DNA of 64,000 nucleotides from Takakia lepidozioides (taxonomy: Eukaryota; Plantae; Bryophyta): positions 41,602,001 through 41,666,000 of the forward strand of contig CM060732.1 of NCBI GenBank assembly GCA_030704615.1, given 5' to 3'. The position numbers and the translations under genes are program-made. Each line of letters starts with the position of its first letter. Positions within the stretch are counted from its first letter, which is position 1. Under the pieces are notes generated by a model. The model was given only the letters and a program-made list of their open reading frames with translations. It had not been told where the DNA came from and searched no databases. Shown piece after piece: positions 14,069 through 26,885 of this stretch.

Positions 14069-15390
14069 CTCTGAGTTGATTGCTTCTTCCCATTATAGTT
14101 TGTCTGGAGAGCGCATCGCTTCCTCATATGTAGCAGGCTCAACCACTTGTGATGCTTCTTCCATAGCTTCAATGGCACTCATAGATGTAATCAGCCTACT
14201 AGGAGCTTTTCTTTCCCGCTGAGATCTCCTTAGAATTGGCACATCTTCAACTTCATCTCTAGAGTCCATATCAACAAGTGGTTCACCAACTTTGACTCCT
14301 TGATCAACTCCATCAAGTTGAACACCTCCATCATTTGCTTCAGTCATCTCTTGTATTGGCTCCTCATAAGACTCATCTTGGAAATGGTGTAATGGCTCTA
14401 AGCTCATTCCCATGTCATCTTCTCACACTACCAAAGAGGGTATGAAGCCCATCAAACACTACGTCCCTACTGTGTTTGACAGCCTTAGTTGTCTTATTGA
14501 ACAACTTATATCCCTTCACACCTTCTGTGTAGCCAATGAAGATGCATCCTTCTGATGTGGAGTCAAGTTTCCTTCGCTTCTGAGTATGGATATGGACATA
14601 TGCACGACATCCAAAAATCCTACAATGAGCCACACTAGGCTTCTAACCACTCCATACCTTTTCTGGTGTTTTTCCCAACACTGATTTGGTAGGTATTCTG
14701 TTGTGAAGATATGATGCAGTGCCAACAGCTTCTGCCCAAAAATGATTTGAAAGATTCACTTCTTTCAATATACTCCTTACAGATTCTTGTAGTGATCTAT
14801 TCATCCGCTCAGCTACACCATTCTGCTCAGGTGTATATGGAACAGTGAGTTGTCGAGCTATTCCATTCTCTTGACAAAACTGATTGAAAGCCTTTGAGAT
14901 GTACTCACCACCATTGTCAGATCTCAAAAATCTTAAGAGGCTTTCCAGTTTGTTTTTCTGCAAGTACTTTGAACTCCTTGAATTTCTCTAGCACTTGATT
15001 TTTCTGCCTTAGGAAATTTACCACAACCCTCCTTGACAAGTCATCAATGAATGTCACAAAGTACCTTGCTACTCCAAGTGATGTGGTTTGCATTGGCCCG
15101 CACACATCAGAATGTACAATCTCCAATATACTTGTGGCTCTTCGTCCACCATCCTTAGGAAATTGACCTCGATATTGCTTCCCTTCATAGCAACCTTTGC
15201 ATAGACGCATGTCGCTCATCTCCTTCAATGGTAGTCCTTCCACAAGATGGCTTGAGAGTTGCATCTGTCTCAACTTCTTAATGCTCACATGACCTAACCT
15301 TCTATGCCACAACTTTGTTTCTGACATGACAGGTGTAGATCCCAACTGTGGTGAAAATATGGTAAGAGCACTAGAGACATGATGTTGTAT

Positions 15391-15671
15391 CACTGTGTAG
15401 AGAGATCTGAGTGAAGCTGTGGAATGAATGGATGAGTTGATGGAATCCGATAGATTGCTGAAGCAAATTGATACGTAAATACCAACAGTAAGGTAACTAG
15501 CTAACATGAATGCGAGAAGGAAAACAAATAGGAAACATCCCTATGATACACTAGCTGTAGGTCATGACTGATTGTTCTGAGCGGGCTGAGTGCTTAGAGA
15601 TTTCCAACTCTTCTATCTTGGAGTTCCCGCCTCGGATAACGAAGGGATGGGTGAGTAAAAGCCGCGCGACA
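15391..15671 (+). repeat. Remnant (3' 281 bp) of the gypsy 5' LTR
   Basis: Direct repeat of 27693-27973. It ends in ...CGCGACA immediately before the PBS. Confidence 0.9.
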
Positions 15672-17110
15672 TTTGGCGACCATACTGGGGAACTGGGTCA
15701 TGAACAACCAGATGTGACAGGCATCTGGTGGGATCATGGTGGTTGGAGAATTAAAGAATTTGATGTGAATCAAATTCCTTGTGAAACTGAGAAGGAAAGT
15801 TTGTCCAAACGATTCTTTCAGAGGTTCTTGGAATTGCCAGACGGTTGTAAAGAAAACATTCTTAAGAGAGTGCATGATGCTGATCCTGAGTGGGGTCTGG
15901 AGAAAGGAGTGATAAAGATTTATCAGGTGGCCTGTAGAGGAAGAGCACGTTGGTTACCAACACTGGTTTATGTGATAGCATTGCTATCCATTAAGCGAGT
16001 AGAGTTTGAAGGCTGGGAGGAAAGGAAGGTGAATGTTTATACTCATATGCATGAAGAGCTTGTACTGGTAAAGAATTGGATTCCAAAGGATATTTTGTGG
16101 ATCAAACTCACACCAAGAGCAGCTTTCCAGACTTGTTTGCCATATGGTTATATGGTAACGAAGACTTCTAGTATAGCCAAGGGTGCATTGAAGCTTGAAA
16201 GAAACCCAGGCATATACGAGAGATATTACAGAAGAGAGTTTTGGTTATTGCCACATTAAAAAAAATGAAAGACATGGGACATGAGTGATGAAAGAGAAGC
16301 TAGACGCCAGAGATATTTAGCAAAAAAAGAAAGCTATCTGAAAGCTAATTATCCATATCTTTGGGAGAGAGGAATAGACATAGGGGAATCATCTGGACCT
16401 CTCACACCATTAAGATCAGCGAGTACATCACCCATACCGGAAGAAATAGAGTTGGATGCCACTCCTTCTTTTTCTTTGCAAGAAAGATTAAGGGAATTGG
16501 TACGGAAAGAAGATCAATCACGAGGTGAAAGATTTGAGGTACATCCCTCGATAAAAGATTTGACATAAATCTTTGATAAGAGTTGGCATGGAACACCAAA
16601 AGCAGGAACTCCAGTTTCTGAAGCGGAAGGTGAAGAAGGAGGAGAGGATGTGGCAGAGCCAACGGAGAGTTCAGACTCTCCAACACCATTGCAGTTGAGT
16701 TACATGAGTGAAGAAGAAACCCAAGGGCAGAACTTGGAGGATGAAAATAGAGAGAAGAAATTGGAAGAGGAAGAGTATGAAGAAGTAGACCCAACAGCTG
16801 AGGTTGAGACTACAACCAGGACATCCCAACCCGTTGGACCTGGATCAAGTGGAGCACTTGGATCACAGGCCAACGAAGGTGTCGGCTCAAGGGGATCAGG
16901 CGGGCTGCCTGGATCTGGCTCTGGGGGGACAGGGAGTGTGGGAAGTAGTGCAACTGGAGCTGGGAATACTGTGAATATCGTGGGGCCAGTAGCCAGGAGT
17001 GCTCAGGGGCCACCACTTGGTGGAAGATCCACCACAACAACAACAGGTCCTGAAGGACCAGCACCAGCAAGGGTGCCAGCACCTGTCAGTGGGCAGAAGG
17101 AAGGGCCACA
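15564..17110 (+). pseudogene. Extra 5' ORF of the gypsy element (unknown function), broken by in-frame stops
   Basis: ORFs 15564-16259, 16281-16568 and 16650-17210 are all in one frame. A Trp/aromatic-rich globular-looking first part is followed by acidic and Gly/Ser/Pro-rich linker. The gag core starts in a different frame at 17111. Confidence 0.6.
15674..15691 (+). promoter_or_regulatory. Gypsy primer-binding site TGGCGACCATACTGGGGA (probably tRNA-Arg type)
   Basis: TGG lies 2 nt after the LTR end and resembles the TGGCGAC...TGGGGA Arg-type PBS of plant non-chromoviruses. The tRNA identity is not verified. Confidence 0.7.
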
Positions 17111-20100
17111 ATGGCGTTATAACCAACACGGGCAAAACCACCTTTTCCAATATATTCAGGAAAAGGGGATCCCGATGTACACATTAGCCAATTTGAGCAC
17201 ATGTGTATAGTGAACAATGAGAATGGCGATGATGCCAAGATGAGATTGTTTCCTTGTTCACTTATCAAGAAAGCAAGTGAATGGTATGCAAGATTCCCTG
17301 ATAATCATTTCCTAACCTGGAATGGCTTGAATACAACATTCCGAAATAGGTTCAGGACAAGTAAAACTGAGGATGAAGTGTATGGAAGTTTACAACAGTT
17401 AAAGCAAAAGAAGCATGAAACTGTTGAGGAGTATATGGAAAAGATGGAATTGATGATGAAAAAGCTGGCTGCTGTACCAGCACCAGGTTTACAGAAGACT
17501 TGGTTTGTGAGTGGACTAAGACCAGAGTTGCAGAAGAAAGTGGATATGTTACCCCATAATACAGTGGAGGAGGCATTTGAAACTGCAAACAAAATTGAGC
17601 AATTGGGAATGCTCAGAGAGAGAAAAGGGATGATGAGTCAGATAAAGAAGAAGAGCAAGAACTAAAAAGGAAGAGTAAGAGAAAGGAGAAGTTGAAGAAA
17701 GATAACTATGAGAAAAGATTAGAAGAAATCTTGAAGAAGTGTGCCACAGAGGCTGTAACACATTGGAGGAAGGGTGTATGGTGTGCAAAGTGCCAGAATG
17801 AAGGCAATACCACCACTGAATGCCACATGAAAGAGAAACACTGTACTATCTGTAAAATGGATAACCATTCTACTGAGAATTGTTACTACAACAGAATGAC
17901 AGCTGCAAGAGAACCTAGGCAAGTAAGGGTGCATTAGGTGCAGCCCCAGCCAAGAAGAAACAATGATCAGGACCACTATGGTAGGTCTGGTGGTTATAAC
18001 AATGGCATGGAAGGGAGAGGTAATTCAAGAGGGAATTACCAAGGAAATTCCAGAGGCAACTATCAGGGTAATCCAAGGGGGAATTACCAGCCCGGGAATC
18101 AGGATTACAGAAATAATCCAAGAGCAGACCAAGGGCGAGGACCCAATGGTGAAGAACTGTGTTACTATTGTAATCAGCCAGGACATCGCAAGGCAGCCTG
18201 TTCATTCTGGATTAGACACCAGAATGAGATGAGAGCTCCTGTGAATGAGGGCCCAGTGGTGGCAGCTCACATGGTTAGGCCATGTGTTGTACCAGAAGTA
18301 AGTACAATGATAGTAACAAGAAGCAAAGCCAAACTAATACCTCCAGTAGTTGAGGAAGATGATGATAATAAAGGTGGCAGTGATATGCCTGAAGATGATG
18401 AGGCTTGGAGAGATGAGAAGGAACTGCACAAGGAAGTGGCAGATACCATAAGGGAAATGCAGAAGAGTACTGATATTCCTGTGGCAGATTCCTCTGATTC
18501 TGATGGAGAAGAAGAAGTGAGTGAGGATGAAAGGAAGAAAGAAGATGCAGACATGCAAAGTAATGAAGGGACTTTGGTTGAAGTAATATGCCAGACCAAA
18601 GCAGAGATTACCATTGGACAGCTATTGGCTGTGGCACCTTATTGTAGACACAGGTTGTATCAAGCAATCAATCGAATTGCCCAGGAGACAGGAAACACAG
18701 ACCTGAACAGCAAGGTGACCAGTTATAATGTGAAGCCAGAAGGGCGAGAAACAGTCATGGACTTTGATGATTCTATGCCAATAATCCAATTGAGAATTGG
18801 AAGCACGGAACTAACTGATGTACTGATAGATGGAGGCACTGGAGTAAATATCATGACAGACCAATTAAGAAAGAAGCTTGGTCTAAGTAACATGAAACCA
18901 GCCCCATTTACAGTAACAATGGCAGATCAAAGGAGTGTACAACCATTGGGATTAATAAGAGGAGTTCAGATACAGATACAGAAGATGATCTTTATGATCA
19001 CAGTAACTGTGTTGAAGATGGATGAAGTCATGGAGGCTTACTCCTTATTATTGGGACGTCCGTGGCTGAAACATGCCAGGGTATTCCATGACTGGAATTC
19101 TCAGTTACTAACCGTGCATAATGGGATGCACGAGATACAAATTACCACAAAGAAATCTAGTAGATTACCTACTACGAGAAGACCTCGAGGGGTCAGAGAG
19201 TATGACTGGAGAGGAGGACTGGATGAGGAGCAGGAAGCTACCCTGTTTGCTGCACACCCAGAATGGGAGCAGGTTGCAGAGATGCGGCTGGAAGGCCTAA
19301 GTTGTTTAAGAGGTATCTGCTATGGTGTAGTGTCAGCAACACCAACTGAAGAGGAAACCAGCAGTTACCCATCACATTTCTATGAAGAAAGAGAAGGAGA
19401 AATGGAAATCCTAGAGGAACCAGCCACTGTGAGTTTACAGGATGAAGTGGTGACTGGTTGGACAATCACAGCTGATGAGCAGGTGAGGGAAGTGAATGTG
19501 GGAACTAAAGAGGAACCAAGGATGGTGAAGGTAGGAGCTGATTTGGAGCCAGAATTCTTTGAAGAAGCTAAGAGTTTGTTCATTAAATACAGAGATGTAT
19601 TTGCTTGGAGCTATGAGGATCTAAAAGGGATACCACCTGAAATCTGTCAGCATAAGATTGAACTGGAACCAGGGTCATACCAATCAAGCAGACAAGGTAC
19701 AGAATGAATCCCAACTACGCACAGAAGGTTGGAGAAGAGATCAAGAAGTTGGCTGAGGCTAAGTTTATATACCCAATAGAGTATACAACTTGGTTGTCAC
19801 CCATTGTAATAGTTCCCAAGAAGAATGGTAAACTAAGAGTTTGTGTGAACTACAAGAAGCTGAATGCTTGTACGAAGAAAGATCTTTTCCCTTTGCCATT
19901 CACTGAAGCAGTATTGGACACTGTGGCAGGCCATGAGATGTACTCATTCATGGATGGCTTCAGTGGTTATAATCAAGTGCAAGTGGCAGAAGAAGACCAA
20001 GGAAAGACAGCTTTCATCACAGACTGGGGTGCTTATGCATACAAAGTCATGCCCTTTGGACTTTGTAATGCACCAGCAACCTTTCAGAGAGTGATAAGTG

Positions 20101-22552
20101 AATCTTTCATGAGTATCTGGATGATTTCATGCAGGTGTTCTTGGATGATTTTAGTGTGTACAGCTCTAAGAATGAGCACTTGCATAAATTGGAGTTATGT
20201 CTGGCCAGATGCAGGATGAGAGGTCTGGGCCTGAATCCAGAGAAGTGTACTGTCTGTGTGAACTCAGGGGTGCTTCTGGGACACATTGTGTGTAAGAGGG
20301 GACTTCTTGTGGATCCCAGGAAAACAGAGGCCATTAAAGCCTCTCCACCACCAGTGAATGTTAAGAGTCTAAGGAGATTCCTTGGACAAACCAGCTATTA
20401 TAGAAGATTTGTCAGACGGTATGCATAGATAGCAGCACCATTGAGCAAACTTCTGAAGAAAGATGCAGTGTTTGCATGGACACCTGAATGTCAACAGGCT
20501 TTTGAGGAACTTATATTGTCAGTAACAACTACACCTGTGCTGATTAATCCTCACTGGCAGGAAATATTTCATGTTCACTGTGATGCTTCTGGAGAAGCAC
20601 TAGGAGCAGTGTTAGCCCAAAATGTTACAGAAAGGATAGATTCACCTGTGTACTATGCTAGCCGATTGATGAACAATGCCGAAAGAAATTATAGCACAAC
20701 GGAAAGAGAAGCATTGGCAATGATCTATGCAGTGAAGAAATTCAGGCATTACCTGTTGGGCAAGAAGTTTATGTTCTATGTGGATCACCAGGCTCTGATA
20801 TACCTGGTAAACAAACCTCTGATAAGCGGAAGAATAGCAAGATGGTTGATAATCTTGCACGAGTTTGAGTTCGAGGTTGTTTACAAGCCTGGGAGGCTGT
20901 ATCTTGTGGCGGATCACTTGTCACGGTTATCAACAGGAGAACCAGCCACGGGAGTAGATGATCAATTACTAGATGCGAGTCTATTTGCAGTGGAGGTGCA
21001 GGGAAGTGCAGATGACTGGTTAGATTGGCAGTGGCCAATCAGATACTACCTTGCTCATGGTCAGTGCCCACCAAGTTATGGAAAGGAGCAGAGAAAGAGA
21101 ATTGCTATCAAGGCTCTACCTTACACTATGGTAGGGAGCAGAATGTATAAGCTAGGACTAGATGGAGTGCTGAAGCGATGCTTATACCACCATGAAGTTA
21201 ATAAAGTTTTGGAGGAAGTTCATAAAAGAGTGGCAGAAGGTCATTTTGGAGAAGAGACTACCAGCAGGAAGATACTACATGCAGGTTATTGGTGACCTAC
21301 TTTGTTCAAAGATGTACACAAGTATTGTCAGAGTTGTGATGAATGTCAGAGGCTAGGACCTTTGCAGAGATCTGGAAAGATGGCCTTGCATCCTACAATG
21401 CCTACGGAACCATTTCAGAAATGGGGACTAGACTTTGTTGGACCAATTAACCCACCAGCCAAGAATACACAGAACAGGTACATAATTACAGCCACTGATT
21501 ATACTATGAAGTGGGTGGAAGCTAAAACTTTGAGGGACAACACAGCCAAGTCCATAACAAGGTTCATGTATGAGAACATACTTACACGATTCGGCTGTCC
21601 TTTGGAATTTATCAGTGATCAGGGAAGTCACTTCATTAATGAGACCATTGAATTATTGACTAAAGAGTTCATGATTGTGCATAGGAAGAGTACAACATAT
21701 TACCCACAGGGTAATGGGCAGGCAGAGGCTACCAACAAAATACTATGTACTATCTTGGCTAAGATAGTCAATGCAAACAGAACGGATTGGGATACAAAGC
21801 TGCTGACAGCTTTGTGGTCATACATGACTTCATATAAAGTCACCACTAAGTATACACCATTCCAATTAGTTTATGGTATGGAAGCTTTACTTCCAGTGGA
21901 ATTCATGTTGGCTACCATGAGAACGGAATGGGGAAAGAGAATGGAATTGCAAGATTCAATTAAGGTCAGGAAACATGAATTATACCATGTGGAAGAAGTA
22001 CGTACTGATGCAGCTGATAACATGACCAGAATTCAGATAAAAAGAAAGGAACAGTTTGATGAAGGCAAGATAAAGACTTTTAAGACGGGAGATTTGGTTC
22101 TATGGTTGCAGAAGAAGGGAAAGATTAAAGCTTCTAAGCTTAAATCACCATGGAAAGGACCTTATGTCATACAAAAGATGTATGATAACAACACCGTCAT
22201 GTTACAAACCATTAACAAAGAGATGCTGGGAAGAGTCAATGCCAATAAGTTGAAGGGGTACAGTGGTATCCATGACAAACCATTGCAGCATAATTTGCAT
22301 GTTGAAATGCAAAAGCAGTCACGGGCGGCGCCAGTGATACCAACGGAGTATGGAGCACTTGTCGCTAGGCCGAGCATATATGACCAGGGCGGGCAGAACA
22401 AGCGCGACACAGCCTATCACAGCCCAGAACGGCGCAACACAGCCTATCACAGCCCAGCACGGCGCAACACAACCTATCACAACCTACCACAGCGTGTCAC
22501 AGCCTATCACAACTTACCACAGTGCATCACAACCTATCACAGCGTCCCATAG
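17111..22552 (+). pseudogene. Gypsy gag-pol (capsid, 3 zinc-knuckle-like motifs, aspartic protease, RT, RNase H, integrase), disrupted
   Basis: Capsid region FPCSL...ASEWY; knuckles CAKC..GN...EC, CTIC..NH...NC and CYYC..GH...AC; PR LIDGGTGVNIM; RT WLSPIVIVPKK, MPFGLCNAPATFQR and FLDD; RH HCDAS and YSTTERE; INT WGLDFVGP, SDQGSHF, QAEATNK and WKGPY. Frameshifts near 19675 and 20100; stops at ~17120, 17663, 17935, 20426 and 21293. Confidence 0.95.
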
Positions 22553-22605
22553 TATGACACAGCTTGTCACAGCTCAACACAGCCTACTAGGGTTACACAA
22601 TCCAT
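22405..22605 (+). repeat. Internal minisatellite (CACAGCC-rich ~10/30-bp units) at the end of the integrase
   Basis: acacagcctatcacagcccagaacggcgca-type units are repeated and translate as TAYHSP/TTYHNLP repeats. Confidence 0.85.
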
Positions 22606-23296
22606 AGAATCAGTGACAGGTGGACGTAGGATAACTTCAGGGAAATGGCCGGCGGAAGAAAGGACGAAAGCCAGTTTAGAAAAGGACACGTGCAAGTCAG
22701 AGCGCAACACATAGCTGAGAAGGAAGTGCAAGAACAGATGTCATCAAGAAAGAGGACAAGAATGGCCGTCAAAATACCTAATTAGCACGTCAATTCGGAT
22801 GAATGGCGGGCCCATTAATGAATACGGAAAAGGGGCAACAGAACAAACGGCAAGTACAGAAAAGCGAAATTCTTGTCACATGTGTTATCCTAGTGGACAG
22901 TCCAGCAGGGAAAGTCCACTAAAGAAAATTAAATCTAAAATCCAGTCACAGCGGTTACAGCCAATCAAAAGCCAGAAAATGGATCAAGAAATTGGAGGGA
23001 ATTTAAGCGCAAGAGTCGGCGTCGTTCTAAGTAACGGGCGTCTCGACGGGACAAACCATCAACGCTATAGCTTTGAAGCTTTGGAGGAACTAACAGACTA
23101 TACGCTCGCAATATTACTTACGCAGTGGCATAGGCACGGAAGAACAGAGCGGATCTTTTCTCTTAATCGATGCTTGCAAGCCCTGCAGGCTTACAAGAAA
23201 TTACCCATAGCTTTTTGTGGCAACCATACGTTTATGCTTTGTGCCCTGCAGGCATTTCTTCAATTCTTACAGCCAAAACATTTATGTGGGTCTAGA

Positions 23297-26200
23297 ATGA
23301 AGAGAGTGAGAGGAATGGAAGAAATCAGGGTGAAGAGCACCACAATCCTGCAGAAACAAACGATTGCTACTCCACAGGCGGTACAGTTACTGAAGGAGCT
23401 GCGATTGCAAGGATTGCAAAACAAAGATTGGACATTGCACCATAGACAATACATGTTACAATTCTTGCAGAACTTTGAGCCTAGGACAGGAGCAACAACG
23501 GTGAAGGGAGTTGAATTAGAAATTACTCCCATATACCTACAGCAATTGTTTCAATTGCCAGCAGGTCAGGTGCACGTGGAGGAGCACAGGGCAAGACTGC
23601 AAATATGGGACTTATTCCAAGAATGGAGTTTCTTTAAAACTCAGAATTATGCTTGTACCAAGGCCGTGTACCCAGGGCTAAAGGAGGTAGGCCAGGTATT
23701 GAACGTTCTGTTTGCCATGAAACAGAACCAACAGTATTTGAGCAGATCCTTCACAGAAGAAATACTCAAAGCCCTGAGAGGAGAAGAGGTAGAATGGGCG
23801 GACATAATGTACAACGCACTGGTAGAGGAGATGAAAAGATTACAAGGCACTGCTGCAAAATCTCCTATCATAGCGTCTGGCCCAATCATTGCTCAAATAA
23901 TTCTTGATTCTGGCATACTTGATGCTCGAGAAAGAAAGGAGATGAGAGTGTTTGAGACTGAAACCACTGCAATGGAAGAGCAAGGCTCTTCACACAGTGA
24001 GGGTGGACTGGCAGGGCAACCCCAGACTAAGAGACAGAGGCGGGGAAAGACTGTAGTGGCGGATCCATTGGCTTCACGGAATCCGCATGATAATGTTTCC
24101 CAAGCTCTTGTGCAGGAAGGGGCACATCACCACAAAGAACTGCTATTATTGGAAGCAGGACCTTCAGAGAGGGAAGAGGAAGTTACTTCAGTATCACAGC
24201 CATCACAGCCACATGATCGGCTTGTCAAAGAGTTACGACAAGTTGTCCATGCAGTTCCACCGGAAATAATTGATTTGGAGAAAGAAGGGTTAGATATTCC
24301 CACTACAGAATAGGTGGTGGCAGAAATTGAGAAGAGGGACCTTCTCTATGAATATTTTGGTCTGGTCAAGGAAACAGTGATTCCGGAGGTGCAACGGTTG
24401 TCCAGGGGAAACCCTGTAGTGCATATAATACACACACCTGTGACAGAGGTACCATAGGTAGAATGTCAAGACACTGCAGCACCAGTGACGGATGAAGTGG
24501 TTTAGGAAGAAAATCTGGTGGGGCAATGGCCTGAGTGGTTCGTGAGGCATCACACTGTTGAGGATCAAGGAGAACAGCAGCAAGCTCACCATGATGACCC
24601 TCAACAGGCCATGCTTATGAGTTCCATAAGCATGACACTTAATTTGTTGGGCACTTATGTCAAATCCCATGTTCCAACTTCCCAATTGGCAGCTTTGAGG
24701 GAGGAACTCAGGAAGGAATTTGAGGCTCGACTTGCCACTGAGTGTGCAAATAAGGTCGATGAAGAGGTCACTCTCAAGATGCAGCAAGACTTAGAGAGTA
24801 CAAAAGCGGCTTTGCAATTGGCCAAGGAACAATTGATTGAGGCAGGCGCAAGACCAGTTGCACGAAGCACATAAACAACAGCTATACCAAATGCAGGTGA
24901 AGCATGAAAGCAAGTTGCAAGAAGTGAATGCACTACATACGGAGTTGCAGACAGTGCATGACAAGATGGCCATACAATGTGCTACACTCACAACTATGTT
25001 TGACCAAGCTACAATGGAAATAAACAGTCAAGTAGAAAGATGTACGAAGGCAGAGGCAGAGAATGTTGAGCAAGTGAAACTCATTGTCGATATGAAGAAT
25101 ACAATCTGTTGCAATGAGAGTACTTTCAAGCAATACAGGCAGGTTGAAGCTGACCAAGAGAGGTACATCCTTGAGTTGCAACAAACACTCATGTCCAATA
25201 GAAATGAACTCTCTGTGGCTAACAAGGCTTGGAAGGAAGCCAATAATCTGGCTGCTGCCTATGCGAGTTTGGTTGAACCTCATGCAAAGCGCATGGAGGC
25301 TTTAAAGCAGCAGATAGATGTGTACAGGCTCACAGAGGAGTAGACTCTCAGGAGTGCCACAAACAACTTGGTGGATAACCACCTTATGCAGGTCTGATTA
25401 GCACAAGGGCCAGTGGAGGGCAAAGCACCACGAAAGCTCACCCAAAGCGAGATGAATGAGCTCAGACTGCAAGTGCAGAACATTGCCACAACTACTATAG
25501 ACAATGTCTATAGTAGGATAGCGGAGTTACAGGAGGATGTAGACGGCCTGCAGACTCAAGTGGAGGACCTCACTTCAAATATCAACAAGAGAGTCTGTAT
25601 ACCTGAGGAACAGCTAATGGCTTCTTATTTACAAGCGAGAACTTTGGCTTTTCAGTCTTCTTCACAGGGGGTGCAGGAGATGCCAATGGTACAAGAGCCA
25701 GTGCCACCAACATCACAATAAGTCACTGTGCCAGTAGCTGACCCTGTTGTTACTACAGCCACACCACAGCCACCACAACCTGAGGTATGGGGGAATGCTG
25801 CTTTTAACCCACCTAAAACTCCAGCTGCACAGGAATACAGTAGGGCTATGATTATGCCCTTCAACCAAATTCCCATTGTGTTGGATTTGGCTTGGAAATA
25901 ATTTAGTCCTCCGCAGTCATTGGCACATTACTATCAAATCATCATTTGGCTGCCAGTGGCCACTAGGACTAAAGTTCTTCCGAACAATCGACCAATTGAG
26001 GATCATCACTTTGCACAGTACTGACATGAGGCAAGTACCATGTTGAAGGAATTAATTGCCTTCCAAGTTGTCCATGGATTCATTTATACCAAGACCAAGG
26101 AGGTAGCAAGTATTGTCATGGGGTGCGGGTTATACTACGCTGATTGTTTTCTGGTACGTTATCACATTGAGCAGCAGAAGATGCAAATGCGTTTTCTGAG

Positions 26201-26846
26201 TTATTCCAGTGGGGATCATTGGGTCTTACCTTCAGTGCCACCTCATATGTACCTATATGAGGCAAAAATTATGATGCAAAAGGATTCTCAGATTCGTTTA
26301 TGGTTTCATGCGGCCTGGAACAATTTGTCAACACAGAAATTCGGGCCTGACGATATTTTCTTTAAGGGACATGAAGCATGGAAATACTTGCACAATTCAC
26401 AAGTCATTGGTACCCCACTCACCTGGACAGACAAGGAGCTCAGGGTCTTCACCAATTTTGTCATTCAGCGTTTACAGCAAGTTTTGCAGTTTAAACTTCC
26501 AGACATGGTAGGACAACATTGTATGCCCCAGAGGATTCCACAAAAAGTTCGGCAGTTAAAACACGTGAGAGGCGATGAGGATTCTGATACAACTATTTCT
26601 TCAGCGGACACTTTTGACATGGGAGAAGACTATGCAATTCAGATGGCAGAGAAGAAGCGACGGGGGTCTCATATGCCTGAAAGATTACCTCGATATCAGC
26701 CTCCAGAGGGCCTCACATATCCAGGTAGTGTTCAATCATCTCCGTCAACCAGTGACAGACCTCGGGCTCACACACAGAGTCCTTCACGAGACTCTCAACG
26801 TCAGAAGGATGCTCGCTCACAAAGGTTTGCTAATCCCAAACAGTAA
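23297..26846 (+). pseudogene. Extra 3' (env-position) ORF of the gypsy, ~1180 codons: Athila-ORF/plant-transposon-protein-like N-domain, coiled coil, C-terminal domain
   Basis: ORF pieces 22799-24313 and 24518-24874 share one frame; 24837-25343, 25413-25721 and 26040-26846 share the next. Motifs QFLQNF...VKGVELEIT...LFQLP and ALRGEEVEWADIMYNALVEEM, plus a heptad-rich Q/E/K region. It ends just before the PPT. The ATG choice is inferred. Confidence 0.7.
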
Positions 26847-26885
26847 ACCGTGAGGACACGACTTTTTGAGAGGGGGAGGGGTAAA

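Larger units (their letters stand above)
12238..15390 (-). mobile_element. Ty1/copia LTR retrotransposon, 3' half only (GAG-pre-integrase, integrase, RT, RNase H, PPT, 3' LTR), degenerate
   Basis: Minus-strand ORF pieces: LWHRRLGH/HSDVCGP (14917-15390), SDNGGEY...PEQNGVAER (14643-14963), RT with YKARLVAKG, HQMDVK and YVDD (13013-14068), RNase H SSTEAEY...HSRTKHI...ADVLTK (12551-12919). The INT-RT-RH order is copia. Stops and frameshifts are present. Confidence 0.95.

Noticed and set aside
22799-23296. First ~166 aa of the 504-aa ORF
   Set aside because: It looks like open non-coding leader with regulatory-type composition; protein-like sequence begins around MKRVRG at 23297
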